Positions 1 through 12,029 of a stretch of DNA of 64,000 nucleotides are shown piece by piece; the stretch's first letter is position 1, and each line of letters begins with the position of its first letter. The stretch comes from Felis catus (lineage: Eukaryota), in assembly GCF_018350175.1 (NCBI RefSeq), contig NC_058368.1, positions 197,038,001-197,102,000 on the forward strand, written 5' to 3'. A program made the translations under genes and the position numbers. The notes under the pieces are model-generated. The model had not been told where the DNA came from. It saw only the letters and a program-made list of their open reading frames with translations, and did not search any database.

Positions 1-904
1 TTATTTCCTCCCATACCCTCTCTTGGGAGTTATGGATGCTTTATGTGTATTAAACACTCTGGGAAGTGGCTTTTTTTTTTTCCCAGACGGTGGCAAAAAC
101 AGTCTTGAGAATCCCTGCACTCCCAGAGGAAACAGGTCAATAAGGCCCCGGCTTAGTGTGTGTGAGTAAAGTGTCCTGGGAGGTGAAGAAGGCTTCTTGT
201 TAAGGGGGGGGGGGGGTATGAGCATGGGCTGGGTGAGTTCTGTGCCCCCAGAGCGTGTGTGCAATTAGGGGTAAGGGGAATCCCAACCAGGAGGGTGAAC
301 GGCTTAGAGAACAGGAGACTCATGGCACCTGGAAGATGTCTTATAGCTTCTGGTGATCAAGGAAGAGAGTCAGGTGGTATAATTGGAAGCTTCAGGAAGA
401 TAGGGTTTAGATCTACATAAGAAGGACTTTTTAAGTTGGTGGAGCCTACCCAAGGATGAAATGGGCAAATGAGCTCTCTTGGTAAAGTGATGAGTTCTCT
501 GTCACTAAAGGAATGCAAACAGAGGCTGGGTGGCAATTTGGCAAGTCCCTTCCAGCCCAGGGATCCTATGAATTTTATCTCACACTTCCCCCAACCTTCC
601 CCTAACCCCCAGCTCTGACTTCGTACTGATCTGACTCGATGAGAGGTGATGGGTTGGGAGATAATTATGGACTGAAAAGGGCCATCACCCCTGAGTTAAA
701 AATCAAGCTTCCTATGTTTTCTTTGGTAGGGGTAAGACTTTTGGTTCATTGCCTGACTTTGATCCTGAGGAGGAAGTCATGGTGAAGAAATGGTTAGAAT
801 TGTAATCAAGCCGATTTCTGAAAAACATCATTTCACACACAGCTGTCCCCGGTGTATTATGACACCCATTTGGATGGCAATAATAATAATAATAATACAC
901 CCTA

Positions 905-1400
905 GATACTTACATACTTGTACACTGATGTTCGCAGCAGGGTTATTCACAATAGTCAAAATGCGAAAACAACCCAAGGGTCCCTCAGTGGATGAATGGA
1001 GAAACAAAATGTGGCCTACACGCACCCCGCAATATCATTCAGCCGTGAAAAAAAGCAAAATTCTCTTCCACCGGCAACATGGGCGAACCTCGAACACATT
1101 ATCCTAAGTGAAGTAAGTCAGACACAAAGGACACATGCTGTGTGACTCCACTTCTGTGAGATTCCTAGACTAGACAAATTCATGGAGACAGAAAGTAGAA
1201 TGGGGGTTGTCAGGAACTGGGGGGGGGGGGAGGAGAATGCGGAGTTAATGTTTAATGGGTCTCGAGTCCCTGCTTGGGATGATGAAAAAAGTTCTAGAAG
1301 TGGATCGTGGTGATAGTTGCGCAACACTGCGAACGTACTTACGTACTTACAAATGGTGACAATGGTCGATTTTATGGAATGCGTATTTTACCACGATCAA
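905..1400 (+). mobile_element. Old L1 3' fragment (L1MB/MC-like)
   Basis: atgttcgcagcag..ttattcacaatag, ggatgaatgga..aaaatgtgg, tgggatgatgaaaaaagttct. Confidence 0.75.
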
Positions 1401-1896
1401 CTAGATGATGTATCCGTTGGGGTGGAGAGTGCGGATGTAGCCCAGTGCCCTGCTGGGGGCTGAGTTTGTGTTTTGTCTGTCCCTGAGGCTACTGCATAGA
1501 CAGGCCAGGACAGAAGGTCACGGGGAAGTGACTGGCAGGCGTGTCTCTGGGAAAGGAAGGAGGATAAGCTTCCCAGCTTCATCGCGAGAAGGAAATAACC
1601 CACTTCTTGTGTGGATCACCTGGGGTAACGGCGGTGTAGCACGGTCCTCCCAGACCTCCGTGACCCCCCCTGACCCCCAGGACGTGGGCCAGGCTTGCAC
1701 TGAGGGGCCCTTGGGGCTCTTTCCTGGGCTGGGGAGAATATGAGCTTCTACCTCTGTGGCCGCTTTGGAAGGTGTGGACTTGATCCACAATTTGGGATCT
1801 GACTCACCGAGACCAGCTTCTGCTGGACGTTCGTGTAGCCCAGTGCCCTGCTGGGGGCTGAGTTTGTGTTTTGTCGTGTCACTTTCGAAAGGCATA

Positions 1897-2790
1897 TAAG
1901 ATGGAGGTTCCTCAAAAAGTTAAAAATAGAAATACCGGGGCGCCTGGGGGGCTCAGTCGGTTAAGGGTCTGACTCTTGGTTTCGGCTCAGATCACGATCT
2001 CACAGTTCAGTTCGTGAATTCGAGCCCTGCGTTGGGCTCTCTGCTCTCAGCAAGGAGCCCGCTTCAGATCCCCCCTCTCTCTCTCTCTCTCTGCTCCTCC
2101 CCCACTTGCACTCTCTCTCCCGCTTTCTTGAAAATAAATAAACATTAAAAAAAAAAGAAATTGGGGGGTGGGGGGAGGGGAAAGTGGGTGATGGGCATTG
2201 AAGAGGGCACCTGTTGGGATGAGCACTGGGTGTTGTATGGAAACCAATTGGACAATAAATTATATTTAAAAAATAGAATATAGGTGTTAAAAGAGAAAAA
2301 GAAAAAAAAAAAGAAATATCAGTCGATTGAGTAATCCCAGGGCAGGATGTTTACCCAGAGAAAACAAAAATGCTAATTTGAAAAGGTATAGGCACCCCCA
2401 TGTTCCTGGCAGCATTATTTACAATGGCCAAGATATGGAAGCAATCAAGTGTCCATTGAGAGATGAATGAATAAGAGGTGATATATAAACACACGGGAAT
2501 ATTACTGAGCCGTGAAAAAGAAATGAAATCTTGCCATTTGCAACAACAAGGATGGACCTAGAGGGTATTATGCTAAGCGGAATATGTCAGACTGAGAAAG
2601 ACGAAAACCCTGTGATTTCACTTATATGGGAAACTATATACCAAAACAAACAAATAAGCAAGTAGCAGAAACAGACCCATAAGTACACAGAGCAAACCGA
2701 TGGCTGCCAGAGGGAAGGGGGGTAGGGAGTGGGGAAAACGGGTGAAGGGGAGTGGGAGATACGGCCTTCCAGTAATGGAATGAGTAAGTC
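1897..2790 (+). mobile_element. Carnivore L1 3' fragment interrupted by a Can-SINE (1937-2160) and a felid L1 3' tail (about 2165-2310)
   Basis: atggaggttcctcaaaaagttaaaaatagaa...ttgccatttgcaacaac..ggatggacctagagggtattatgctaag; the inner piece reads gggcattgaagagggcacctgttgggatgagcactgggtg. Confidence 0.8.
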
Positions 2791-2792
2791 GT

Positions 2793-2832
2793 GGAATGGA
2801 ATGGAATGGAATGGAATGGAATGGAATGGAAT
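2793..2832 (+). repeat. (GGAAT)8 microsatellite
   Basis: Read directly from the sequence. Confidence 0.95.
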
Positions 2833-3607
2833 GCGCTGTTAGCACAGAGCCTGACATGGGGCTTGCACTCATGAACTGTGAGATCACGACCTGAGCTGAA
2901 GCCGGACGCTTAACCGACTGAGCCTCCCAGGCATTCCTATTTTTTAATTTTAAATAAATGTTTATTTATCTATTTTGAGAGAGAGAGACAGCTCAGGGGA
3001 GGGGCAGAGAGAGAAACCTAAGCAGGCTCCATGCTGTCAGTGCAGAGCCCGACATGGGGCTCAAATTCACGAACTGTGAGATCATGACCTGAGCTGAAAT
3101 CAAGAGTCAGATGTTTGAGCCACCCACGTGCCCCAGCTATACCTTGATTTAAAAAACAAACCAAAAAAAAAGGTCACAAAGGTCCCTGACAACTTTGTGT
3201 TACAACTTACAAATGCCAACGGTGCAAAATCAAAAATGTAATAGGGTGTTAAATGTCCAGTGAATTAGGACCAGTCAGCATTCAGCTGGAGGAAACCATT
3301 CCTGCTAATTCAAGCAGAAAGGAATTCACTACAGGGAATTAGGCGCTCACGCAATTGTTAGGAAGGCTGAAGAAGCTCTCGGCAGGGTCTGGAAACGACT
3401 CAGTTGAGAACACCACAGTGCTGTCCCTCCAGGTCAGTTCCTACCTCTGCTGCCGTCAGAAGTGCGGGAATCAGAAAGGGCTGCCCCACCGCTGGCTTTA
3501 AGAACACACTGCTGTAGATGAGTCAGGGGTCAGGAAGCCACCCTTGGCTCTTCCACAGCGGCCCCTCCATGCCCACAAAGCTGGTAAGGGCTCTATATTA
3601 GTTTCTT

Positions 3608-4726
3608 CCTCCCCCCACCCTCCCACCGAAGCTTTATTGTTTCCATTTGGTTTCCCGCTTGGGAGAGGGCTCCAGGGTGGGTTAAAAGCTGCCTAGTAGC
3701 TTCAGGGAGAGGCTCAGGCAGAAGCCCTGACACCAGGGGGGTGCAGAGGGGCCCCTCAAAGGCTGCTGAGCTCTAGAGGCTCCTAGTGATGCTTGAAGGT
3801 GAGCCTTTCGAAAAGATACTCACCAGGGCGCCTGGGTGGCGCAGTCGGTTAAGCGTCCGACTTCAGCCAGGTCACGATCTCGCGGTCTGTGAGTTCGAGC
3901 CCCGCGTCAGGCTCTGGGCTGATGGCTCAGAGCCTGGAACCTGTTTCCGATTCTGTGTCTCCCTCTCTCTCTGCCCCTCCCCCGTTCATGCTCTGTCTCT
4001 CTCTGTCCCAAAAATAAATAAAAAATGTTGAAAACAAAAATTAAAAAAAAAGAAAAGATACTCACCCAGCCAGCTGGGGGTTGGTCAGCCTGCAGAGGTG
4101 GGACAGGTGGTCACCATCTTCTTGATGAGGTTCACCTCCCCACCCAGGAAATAGTTCTCCGGATCACAGAGATGGGGGTCTGTGCAGCAGAACCCAGGGC
4201 AGGCAACTCCAGAAGAGCGTGGGTCAGGTTCTACTCCAGGACCATCATAGCTTCCATGGCGTCCATGCGTCTTGAGGTGGCTTCTGCAGGTCCTAGAAGA
4301 GGGTGCGGCTGGTGTGTTGGTTTTACATCTTCAAGAGCTCGGTGCCCTTGCACGTCTCCTCAGCCACCTCATGGAAGGAGTGGCCTGCATCCAGAGCCAC
4401 ATGGTCATGGTTGAAGCAGAAGCCCAGAGAGCGGTAGGTGTAGGAGGTCTGCAGATGCATATTGACCGGGCAGTTGATGGTGCCCTCCCCCTTGGTGGAG
4501 CTTCTAGGAAGCTCCTGGTTCATTGGCAATAAAGAATTCAGCTCCAAATATGGTGGAGGGGCTGGTCTCAGAGGCAGGGGAAAGCTGCAAAGATGTTCTA
4601 AAAGGTTGTGGCTGGAGAAGAGGTTGGAGGGTTGTTGGAAGCTGGGAGAAGGGGCATCCCTGGGTTTGTTCATCCCACACACAGTTGCAGCAAGAGACAG
4701 ATCTGCGGGACCGTTGGGGACACTGC
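3608..4726 (-). pseudogene. FTL: Processed ferritin light chain pseudogene, full length and interrupted by a SINE
   Basis: Intronless. 5' UTR with a degenerate IRE; ATG mutated to AGG (4514-4516). Decayed peptide VNMHLQTSYTYRSLGFCFNHDHVAL...LIKKM...GEYLFERLTFKHH*. AATAAA at 3633-3638. 15-bp TSD ctatattag(t/c)ttctt at 3593-3607 and 4727-4741. Confidence 0.93.
3826..4051 (+). mobile_element. Can-SINE (SINEC_Fc) inserted in the FTL pseudogene
   Basis: tRNA-derived head gggcgcctgggtggcgcagtcggttaag, CT-rich body, A tail; TSD gaaaagatactcacc. Confidence 0.95.
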
Positions 4727-4727
4727 C

Positions 4728-5195
4728 TATATTAGCTTCTTAGGGCTGCTGTGACAAAGTACCAGAGCTGGGTGGCTCAACAGCATATTGTCTCCAAGTT
4801 CTGGGGTTCTGGAGTCTGGTGTTCTGGAGTCCAAGAGCATGGTGTTGGAAGGGTTGGCTCCCTCTGGGGGCTGTGAGGGAGAATCCGTTCCAGGCCTCTC
4901 TTGTGGCTTCCGGTGGTTTTCTGGCAGTCTTTGGTGTTCCTTGGCTTGAGATGCATTAGTCTGCCGTGTGCTTTTACGTTCACGTGACGTTCTCCCTGTG
5001 GGTGTCTGTCTCGAAAGTCCCCCTTTTTATAGGGACACTGGTCATATTGGATTAAGGTTCACTCTGCTCCCGTGTGACCCCATTTAACGAGTTACATCTG
5101 CGATGACCCTATTTCCAAATAAGGTTACACTCTGAGGTGTTGGGGGCTTAGAGCTTCAACATATGAATTTGGGGCGATACCCTTCGGTCTATAAA
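4728..5195 (-). mobile_element. MaLR LTR (MLT1B/C-like)
   Basis: tattag..agggctgc..acaaagtacc, gagggagaatc..ttccaggcctctc and gaccctatttccaaataaggt match the recalled MLT1 consensus. Confidence 0.8.
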
Positions 5196-7647
5196 TAATA
5201 CAAAACTGCTGTAGAAAACCCATATGGTGGTACTTGACATCAGCTATAATGAAGAAGCAGGGATAGGACCTTCATCTAGAACTCTAGGAGGTCTGAGGAA
5301 TGTTTTCAGCTGACTAGACTCTGCATCGTGAAGGCACCCTAGGAGTGGGTTTGGATGGAGGCTCAGCCAACCGCCACAACCTTCGCCTAAATCCAAGATC
5401 CTCTGCCCGCCTTCTCACCGGTCATTCTGCAGCTGGCAGAATTCACACCCCTGAGCGCATGAACCTGGGGTACTAGAAATAGCAGTCTTCTCAGAAACTA
5501 GAAGGTGGGAGTCAGACCCTGGCCTCTAACTGACTTGTAGGGTGACAGCCACAGCTAATCAAACCCTACCGCCATCCACAATTCACTCAACAAACACTGC
5601 GGGGCCCACTCTTTACCACACTCCAGAATCTTGGGCCACGCCTTGGCAATTAGCTTCATCAATTTGTTCTATAAGGCCGTCCCACTCAAATTGGCTTCTT
5701 TGTTCTTTCTATCCTGGGATTAAAAAAGAAGATAATCGTCTTCTCCCCAACCACGACCGGTTTCCTGTCACCACCATTTTTCCTTCTTGTGTCCGGGTTA
5801 TTGTGTGCCTGTGCCGGCCAAACCCAACAGCTCCTTTGACGACACGTCAATGATTTATTTTATTTTATTTATTTTTTTAAGTTTATCTATTTATGGTGAG
5901 AGAGCAAGCAAGGCAGGGGAGGGGCAGAGACAGAGGGAGATAGAGAGTCCCCAGCAGGCTCTGTGCCGGCAGCGTGGAACTCGACACAGGGCCTGATCCC
6001 ACGAGCCGTGAGATCACAACCTTTGCCGAACCCTAAGAGTTGGGCAACTCTTCTGCTCCATCACCCAGCCTCAGGGCCTGGGTCCGGGTCTGGTGCTTTC
6101 TTTCCTTAAGCAAATATAGCTGCCTACTGTATACAACGTGTTGTTGAAAGCGATCAGGCCATTTGTGATACAGTTCAGAATGTTCTCACGCAACACTCTT
6201 TTATGGAGAGGGGTGAAAACTCGGCTCTTAGTGACTTCGAGACGCTTAGTGGCTTCTTTGGCTCCGGTGACTGAGAAGGCCTCGGGTAGGTTCAGCTTCA
6301 GGCACGGCTGGATGCAAAGACTCAAACCATGTTCCTGGAATCTCTCTCTGAGCATGGATCCTGGAAGAAGGCGGGAGGGAGGGAGAGAGGGAGAAAGACG
6401 GCGTACAGACAAGATGGAGTCACTCGTGTCAAGCGGTAACTTCCCTCAAGCCGTGACGCAAGAACCAAGGGCGTTGCACCAAAGACCAGATACCGCCGAA
6501 ACCGGCCCAGGCTGACGCGCTCAGAACTGATGACCAGCAGGACCAGAGGGGGGTCTGCAAAGGCCCACGACTGATGAAATCCCTTTAAAAAGGGAGAACT
6601 TTTGCAGCAAACTGTCAGACTTTCAAGACGCTGACCCTTTCACATCCGACCACGTCAAAAAGGGAGCTGCCGCCGAAGGCCGATGCCCCCGATTGCTCTT
6701 GGACCAGAACAGACATCCTCCACTGCTTGAACCTGACAAGCAGCACGTGCCGAGAGCCGCCCGGACAGACGGAGGCCTCATCTCCACTGCGCGTCCACGG
6801 GCTGACAGCCCGTGGGGTTCGGTAACTTCCTACCCCTTGTTATTTCTCGTCTGCTGCGTGACTTTGTCTCGTGCTTTGCTTTGTGTGACATGTAAAAGCC
6901 AAGTTAAACACGTAGTCAAATGGCCTGGAGCTTGGAATCCCGGGCCTGCTTTATAAGTATGTTCACCTTGCTCTATGACTGAATAAAGCTGACGTTGTGG
7001 AAAGAAGGCACGACTTGTGTGTGCGCCCTCACAGCGAGCTTGCAACAGAGCGCGAACTGCAAAGAGGCCCAGACACAAGGGCCCCGGACAGAAAACAGCG
7101 CCGAGGGATAGGAGAGGTCTTGGTGAAACACAAGAGGATTTCCGAACAGGGAAGAACAAAGGCATTCATACATTCTTTTATTCACGCATTCAGGTTGTAG
7201 ACATTGAACTCCTGCTCTGGGCTTCCCACTGAAGCCGGCGGGGGGCTCCAGAGATGCAGACCAAGTCCCTGTTCCTAAGGAGCTCCCACTGGCTAATGGA
7301 GAAGGCGGGGGGATTTGGACAGTCGCATAGGGACGCGCCAGGCATACCTAGAGGTCATTCCGATCTGGGAATCTGGAAAGCCGTACGGTGGACTGGAAGA
7401 GCATTCGAAATAAAAGGAACAGCATGAACGAAAGCACAGAGGCTCTATTCAGAACTGCACGGAGGCTCACTTACTACATGACGTTGGGTACCCAATTTTC
7501 CCAAGCTGTTTTTCTGCTTTTCAGTTTTTCTGTTTGTACAATAAAGGGCTGGGACAACTTGCTACTGGGGAAGGGAGGGAGAAAACAAATGAGACACGCT
7601 GGATGTGGTTGTCCCCACCTTGGAGCGGTGAGCCCAGACTCACTTCT

Positions 7648-7873
7648 TTTTTTTTTTTAATTTTTTTTTTAACATTTATTTATTTTTGAGACAGAGAGAG
7701 ACAGAGCATGAATGGGGGAGGGTCAGAGAGAGAGGGAGACACAGAATCGGAAACAGGCTCCAGGCTCCGAGCTGTCAGCACAGAGCCCGACGCGGGGCTC
7801 GAACTCACGGACCGCGAGATCACGACCTGAGCCAAAGTCGGACGCTCAACCGACTGAGCCACCCAGGCGCCCC
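7648..7873 (-). mobile_element. Can-SINE
   Basis: Full-length reverse copy; TSD ccagactcacttct. Confidence 0.95.
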
Positions 7874-10339
7874 TCCAGACTCACTTCTAAGGTCGCTTCA
7901 GGGATGCACGAAGGTGAAGCCTCCCAGGCCCGGCCCAGAGGAGAGAGAGGGGATGAAATGATACACATCATGCGGCAACAGGTATTTATTTTTTCTATTT
8001 AAAATTAGCATTTATTGCCTGAATAGGTGATATCTACACATTGTCACCATCAGAAAGCTCTAAATGGCATACCATGAAAAGCAAGTACCCTCCTGAATCC
8101 GCCCTCTATCCACCTCTCCCCTCCTCGGAGGAAATCTCTCACCAAGCTTTGCTTGTATTTCCACGAGAATCCATGCTGATGCTTTGCTTATATTTCCACG
8201 ATAATCCAGGCAGGTACATATACAGCCCTGGCGTTTTTGTATTTACACATAGGAGCACACGGTTCACCCTGTTCTGCACCTTACTTCGTTTCCTTAGTAA
8301 CGTGTCTCCTATATTGCAGCCTAGCATCACAGAGGGGGCTCCCTGTTCTTTTGATGGCTGCGTAGGGTCCCCCCGGGGGGATGTGTCCTACTGCAGGCCA
8401 CCAGTCCTGTGCGGATGTAGGGATGAGCATCTCAAGGTTTTCTAATCCTTTGCTGGCATCGGTGAGGCGGCAAAGCCGGTCCTGGTACCCGTGGCATTAC
8501 CATGCGGGGGTGTCTCTGTCGCGAAGGCCTGGAAGAGCCGTTTGTGAGAGCAAAGGTCTCAGGCGTTTGTGGTTCTGACATAGCCCTCCGGTCCCCCTCC
8601 CCCCACAGAGGCTGTAACCTGTTAAGTACTCTCACCAGCAGTGGGCTAGGGGCCTTTTAGTCCCTTCAGGCAGCCCCCCTCCAGGAGGAGTGGGGGGGGG
8701 GGACTTGGGAGGAGTGCAGAGCTAGAGAGAGCCAGGATGTGCTCCGGAGGGGGAGGAGCCTGGAGCCTGAGCAGACACGGGGCCAGCCATAAGTCCCTGG
8801 GGAAATGACAGTGACATAGGGGCTTGCACACCAAGTGTGATGTCGTGTGCACGCTGTCGGTCGCCCTTTGTCCGTCAACAGTCCAGTGGAAGGCCTGCCA
8901 CCACCACAGCCTTGCATTCCCAGGAATGGTGCTTGGGAGGAGGGGGTGCCTGGTGATGCGGTGGTGGGGAGGGGGGATGTGAGCGGGGACAGGAGCTCAA
9001 GTTAGGAGCCAGTGCCTTGAGAAGCAGGCTGTGCCAAGTGAGGACTAATTCAGGAGGCACTCGCTCCCGTAAAACCCAAGAGAGTTCGAGTTTTGTCAAA
9101 AGTGTGGATCCGGAACTGAAGCCATCGGATCTGGACCTTAAAGACAAGTGATGTTGGACATGGAGAAGGCCACCATTTGGCTGACATGCCTACTGGCTGA
9201 GGTCCTCAGCCCCTCTAAGATTGGTGGTGTACCCCAACCTCCCCCCACCCTACCATTTTTCCCAGGGGGCCAGAACTACCTGAGTCTCCGTTCCTTGCCT
9301 TCCTGTTTTGAAAAGGGCAATTTGACCCTGGTATTTGGGGGAGGTGAGAGAAGAGGTGCTTCTGGAGGTGTTCAGTGATGGTGGTGGCAGTCTTCTCTGC
9401 TGCCAGTTCATCACCAGCCCATCTCTTGACTTGGGCGGTAGGGGTCCTGGACCCTCACTCCCCGGGGTCTGAGACCTGAGACCACCTGAACCACACTCCT
9501 CCCCAGGCACTACTCTTAACCAGACCACCTGCCCCCAACAGCCCCTTCCCTAGACTCTGTCCTGTACTCTATGGATCCTCCCAAAGATCCCCAAGGAAGG
9601 CAGACGGGTGGGACTTTTCACCCCACTTTACACATGAGGACACCTGGGGTCTAGAGATCGGCCTCCCGGGGAGTGTTCCCCTGCCCCCCACTCCCAGCAT
9701 GGCTCCATAGAACTTCTGGCTTCCAGCGGGTGATGTACAAAGAAAGCAAAGCCCAAGCTCTCCCACACCAACAGGACCCCAAAGTGGGTGGGCTAACTAA
9801 GGGAACATCAGGAGACATGGAGGGTGGACTGGTCCCTCTGCCCCTTCCATGCTGTTGACCCCATATTACCCACAGCAAGTCCCGCAGCACTGGGCAGCAT
9901 TGCTAACTGTTTTATAAATGTTATTGACGCTTGTTCTCTGCAAAAGTACCGAGTGAGGGGCTGGAAGTGGAACAGATATATGTCACTAATCTGTGTGTCA
10001 CACAGTGTCCGCAGTGGGTGGAATGGGGCTTGGCTCTGGAGCCCACTGGATCTGAGTCTGAATCCTGGGTTTACCACAGTTTAATAATGAATTTACTGTG
10101 TGCTTGCTATCTTCATGCATCTAAACGTCCAAGCTGCTCAGAATGTGAAAGAGTCAGAAAGAATGAGAGATGCTTTTGTTTCCCAACTCAGGAGAGCAAA
10201 GACGTCTCGAAATCTTGGGGGGTGATGGGACCCCTCACTCCACCCAGAGTTTAAGGAGCACTGAGTTCCCAGCCCTGGTCCAGGGGAACTCAACATTTTT
10301 AATCATAAAACCTTAGAAGTAAACAATGCTTTATTATTT

Positions 10340-11072
10340 ATTTATTAAAAAAAATTTTTTTTTCAATGTTTATTTATTTTTTTGGGACAGAGAGAGACAG
10401 AGCATGAACGGGCGAGGGGCAGAGAGAGAGGGAGACACAGAATCGGAAACAGGCTCCAGGCTCCGAGCCATCAGCCCAGAGCCCGACGCGGGGCTCGAAC
10501 TCATGGACCGCGAGATCGTGACCTGGCTGAAGTCGGACGCTTAACCGACTGCGCCACCAGGCGCCCCAACAATGCTTTATTTTTAAGTAAGTTGTTTTAA
10601 AAATAAGGCATTACCTGGGTGGCTCAGCTGGTTAAGTGTCCAACTCTCGGTTTCGGCTCAGGTCATGATCGCACAGTTTCATGAGTTTAAGCCCCGCATT
10701 TGGCTCTGTGCCGACAGTGTGGAGCCTGCTTGGGATTCTCTGTCTCCCTCTTTCTCTATCCCTCCACCATTTGCACTATCTCTCTCTCGAAACTTTAAAA
10801 TAAATAAATAAATAAATAAATAAATAACGAATCTGTATAAATTCTGTCAAGAACAATTTTTTAAATAACTTTTTAAATGTTTATTTATTATTTTTGAGAG
10901 ACAGAGCACAAGCAGGGGGGGGCAGAGAGCGAGGGAGACACAGAATCCAAAGCACGCTCCAGGCTCTGAGCTGTCAGCACAGAGCCTAGCGCGGGGCTCA
11001 AACCCATGGGCCATGAGATCTCGACCTGAGCCGAAGTCTGACGCTTAAATGAGTGAGCCACCCAGGTGCCCC
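10340..11072. mobile_element. Cluster of three Can-SINEs (about 10340-10567 -, 10608-10828 +, 10870-11072 -)
   Basis: Three SINE heads and tails in alternating orientation; the first has TSD aacaatgctttatt. Confidence 0.9.
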
Positions 11073-11250
11073 AAACACGATTTTAATAATATAGCCTCTT
11101 CCCTTAACAAATAAAAGATAGACATTAGAGAAGATAGAAGTAAAAATAAAAGACCCTAATATTTTTCTTGAGCTTGGAATGACCCCCCACGTTGGAAATC
11201 ATGAACCTAGCTTCGAGAAAGCACAGGCTGTGTTGTCCAAGGGACTTAGA

Positions 11251-11253
<3 letters not shown>

Positions 11254-11288
<35 letters not shown>
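11254..11288. repeat. (TG)n microsatellite
   Basis: Read directly from the sequence. Confidence 0.95.
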
Positions 11289-11289
<1 letters not shown>

Positions 11290-11598
11290 ACATGTGCTGA
11301 GTCAGGAATGGAGGCAGAGGGACATTTGGGACAAGGCGAGGGTTTGAGGGGTTTCCTTGAGTGGCAGGGGCTGGGCTGTGCTTGCAATGGGGTCCTGAGT
11401 GAGGAGGGAAATGTGGCCGGATGGTAGATGGGCTGGACCTTAACTGTCTTGTCCTGGAAGCAGTTTGGCAAGATCTCCATACCCCGACTTGGGCTGCATT
11501 AGCAGGGGAGCCTTTCAGCCTGATAATGATCCCATTCCCTACCCCTTAGTTAACCTCCTTGCCTCCTTAGGTGGTGACCTTAACCATAGGTACTTTGT

Positions 11599-11672
11599 TA
11601 TATATTATATTATATTATATTATATTATATTATATTATATTATATTATATTTATTATATTATATTATATATA
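11599..11672. repeat. (TATAT)n microsatellite
   Basis: Read directly from the sequence. Confidence 0.95.
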
Positions 11673-11800
11673 ACATGAGGGACTTCCATTTTTACATCTA
11701 TCTTTTCTAATTTCTATTTTTGTGTTAAGGGAATATAACGTATTCATATAATAGTATTTTACAGAATTTATACAGATTTATTTAAAAAATAACTTAAAGT

Positions 11801-12029
11801 GGGGCGCCTGGGTGGCACAGTCGGTTAAGCGTCCGACTTCAGCCAGGTCACGATCTCGCGGTCTGTGAGTTCGAGCCCCGCGTCAGGCTCTGGGCTGATG
11901 GCTCGGAGCCTGGAGCCTGTTTCCGATTCTGTGTCTCCCTCTCTCTCTGCCCCTCCCCCGTTCATGCTCTGTCTCTCTCTGTCCCAAAAATAAATTTAAA
12001 AAAATTGAAAAAAAATAAAAAAAAAAACA
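11801..12029 (+). mobile_element. Can-SINE (young SINEC_Fc)
   Basis: Near-identical to the copy at 3826; TSD aacttaaagt. Confidence 0.95.

Noticed and set aside
1..300. Possible CARMN promoter or upstream IL17B alternative exon (GTGAGT at 233)
   Set aside because: Expected nearby from synteny, but nothing in the sequence alone identifies it.
4544..4553. CArG box CCAAATATGG
   Set aside because: It lies inside the decayed FTL pseudogene 5' UTR and is probably a chance product.
6560..6630. Hammerhead-ribozyme-like string: CTGATGA, hairpin TCCCTT/AAGGGA, GAAC, then GTC
   Set aside because: Extra unpaired AA before stem II, GAAC instead of GAAA, and no pairable stem I. An Rfam covariance search would settle it.
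7680..7862. Recurrent MAQSVERPT.../MRQRETEHE... ORFs here and elsewhere
   Set aside because: These are translations of Can-SINE copies, not genes; the tRNA-like SINE heads are not tRNA genes.
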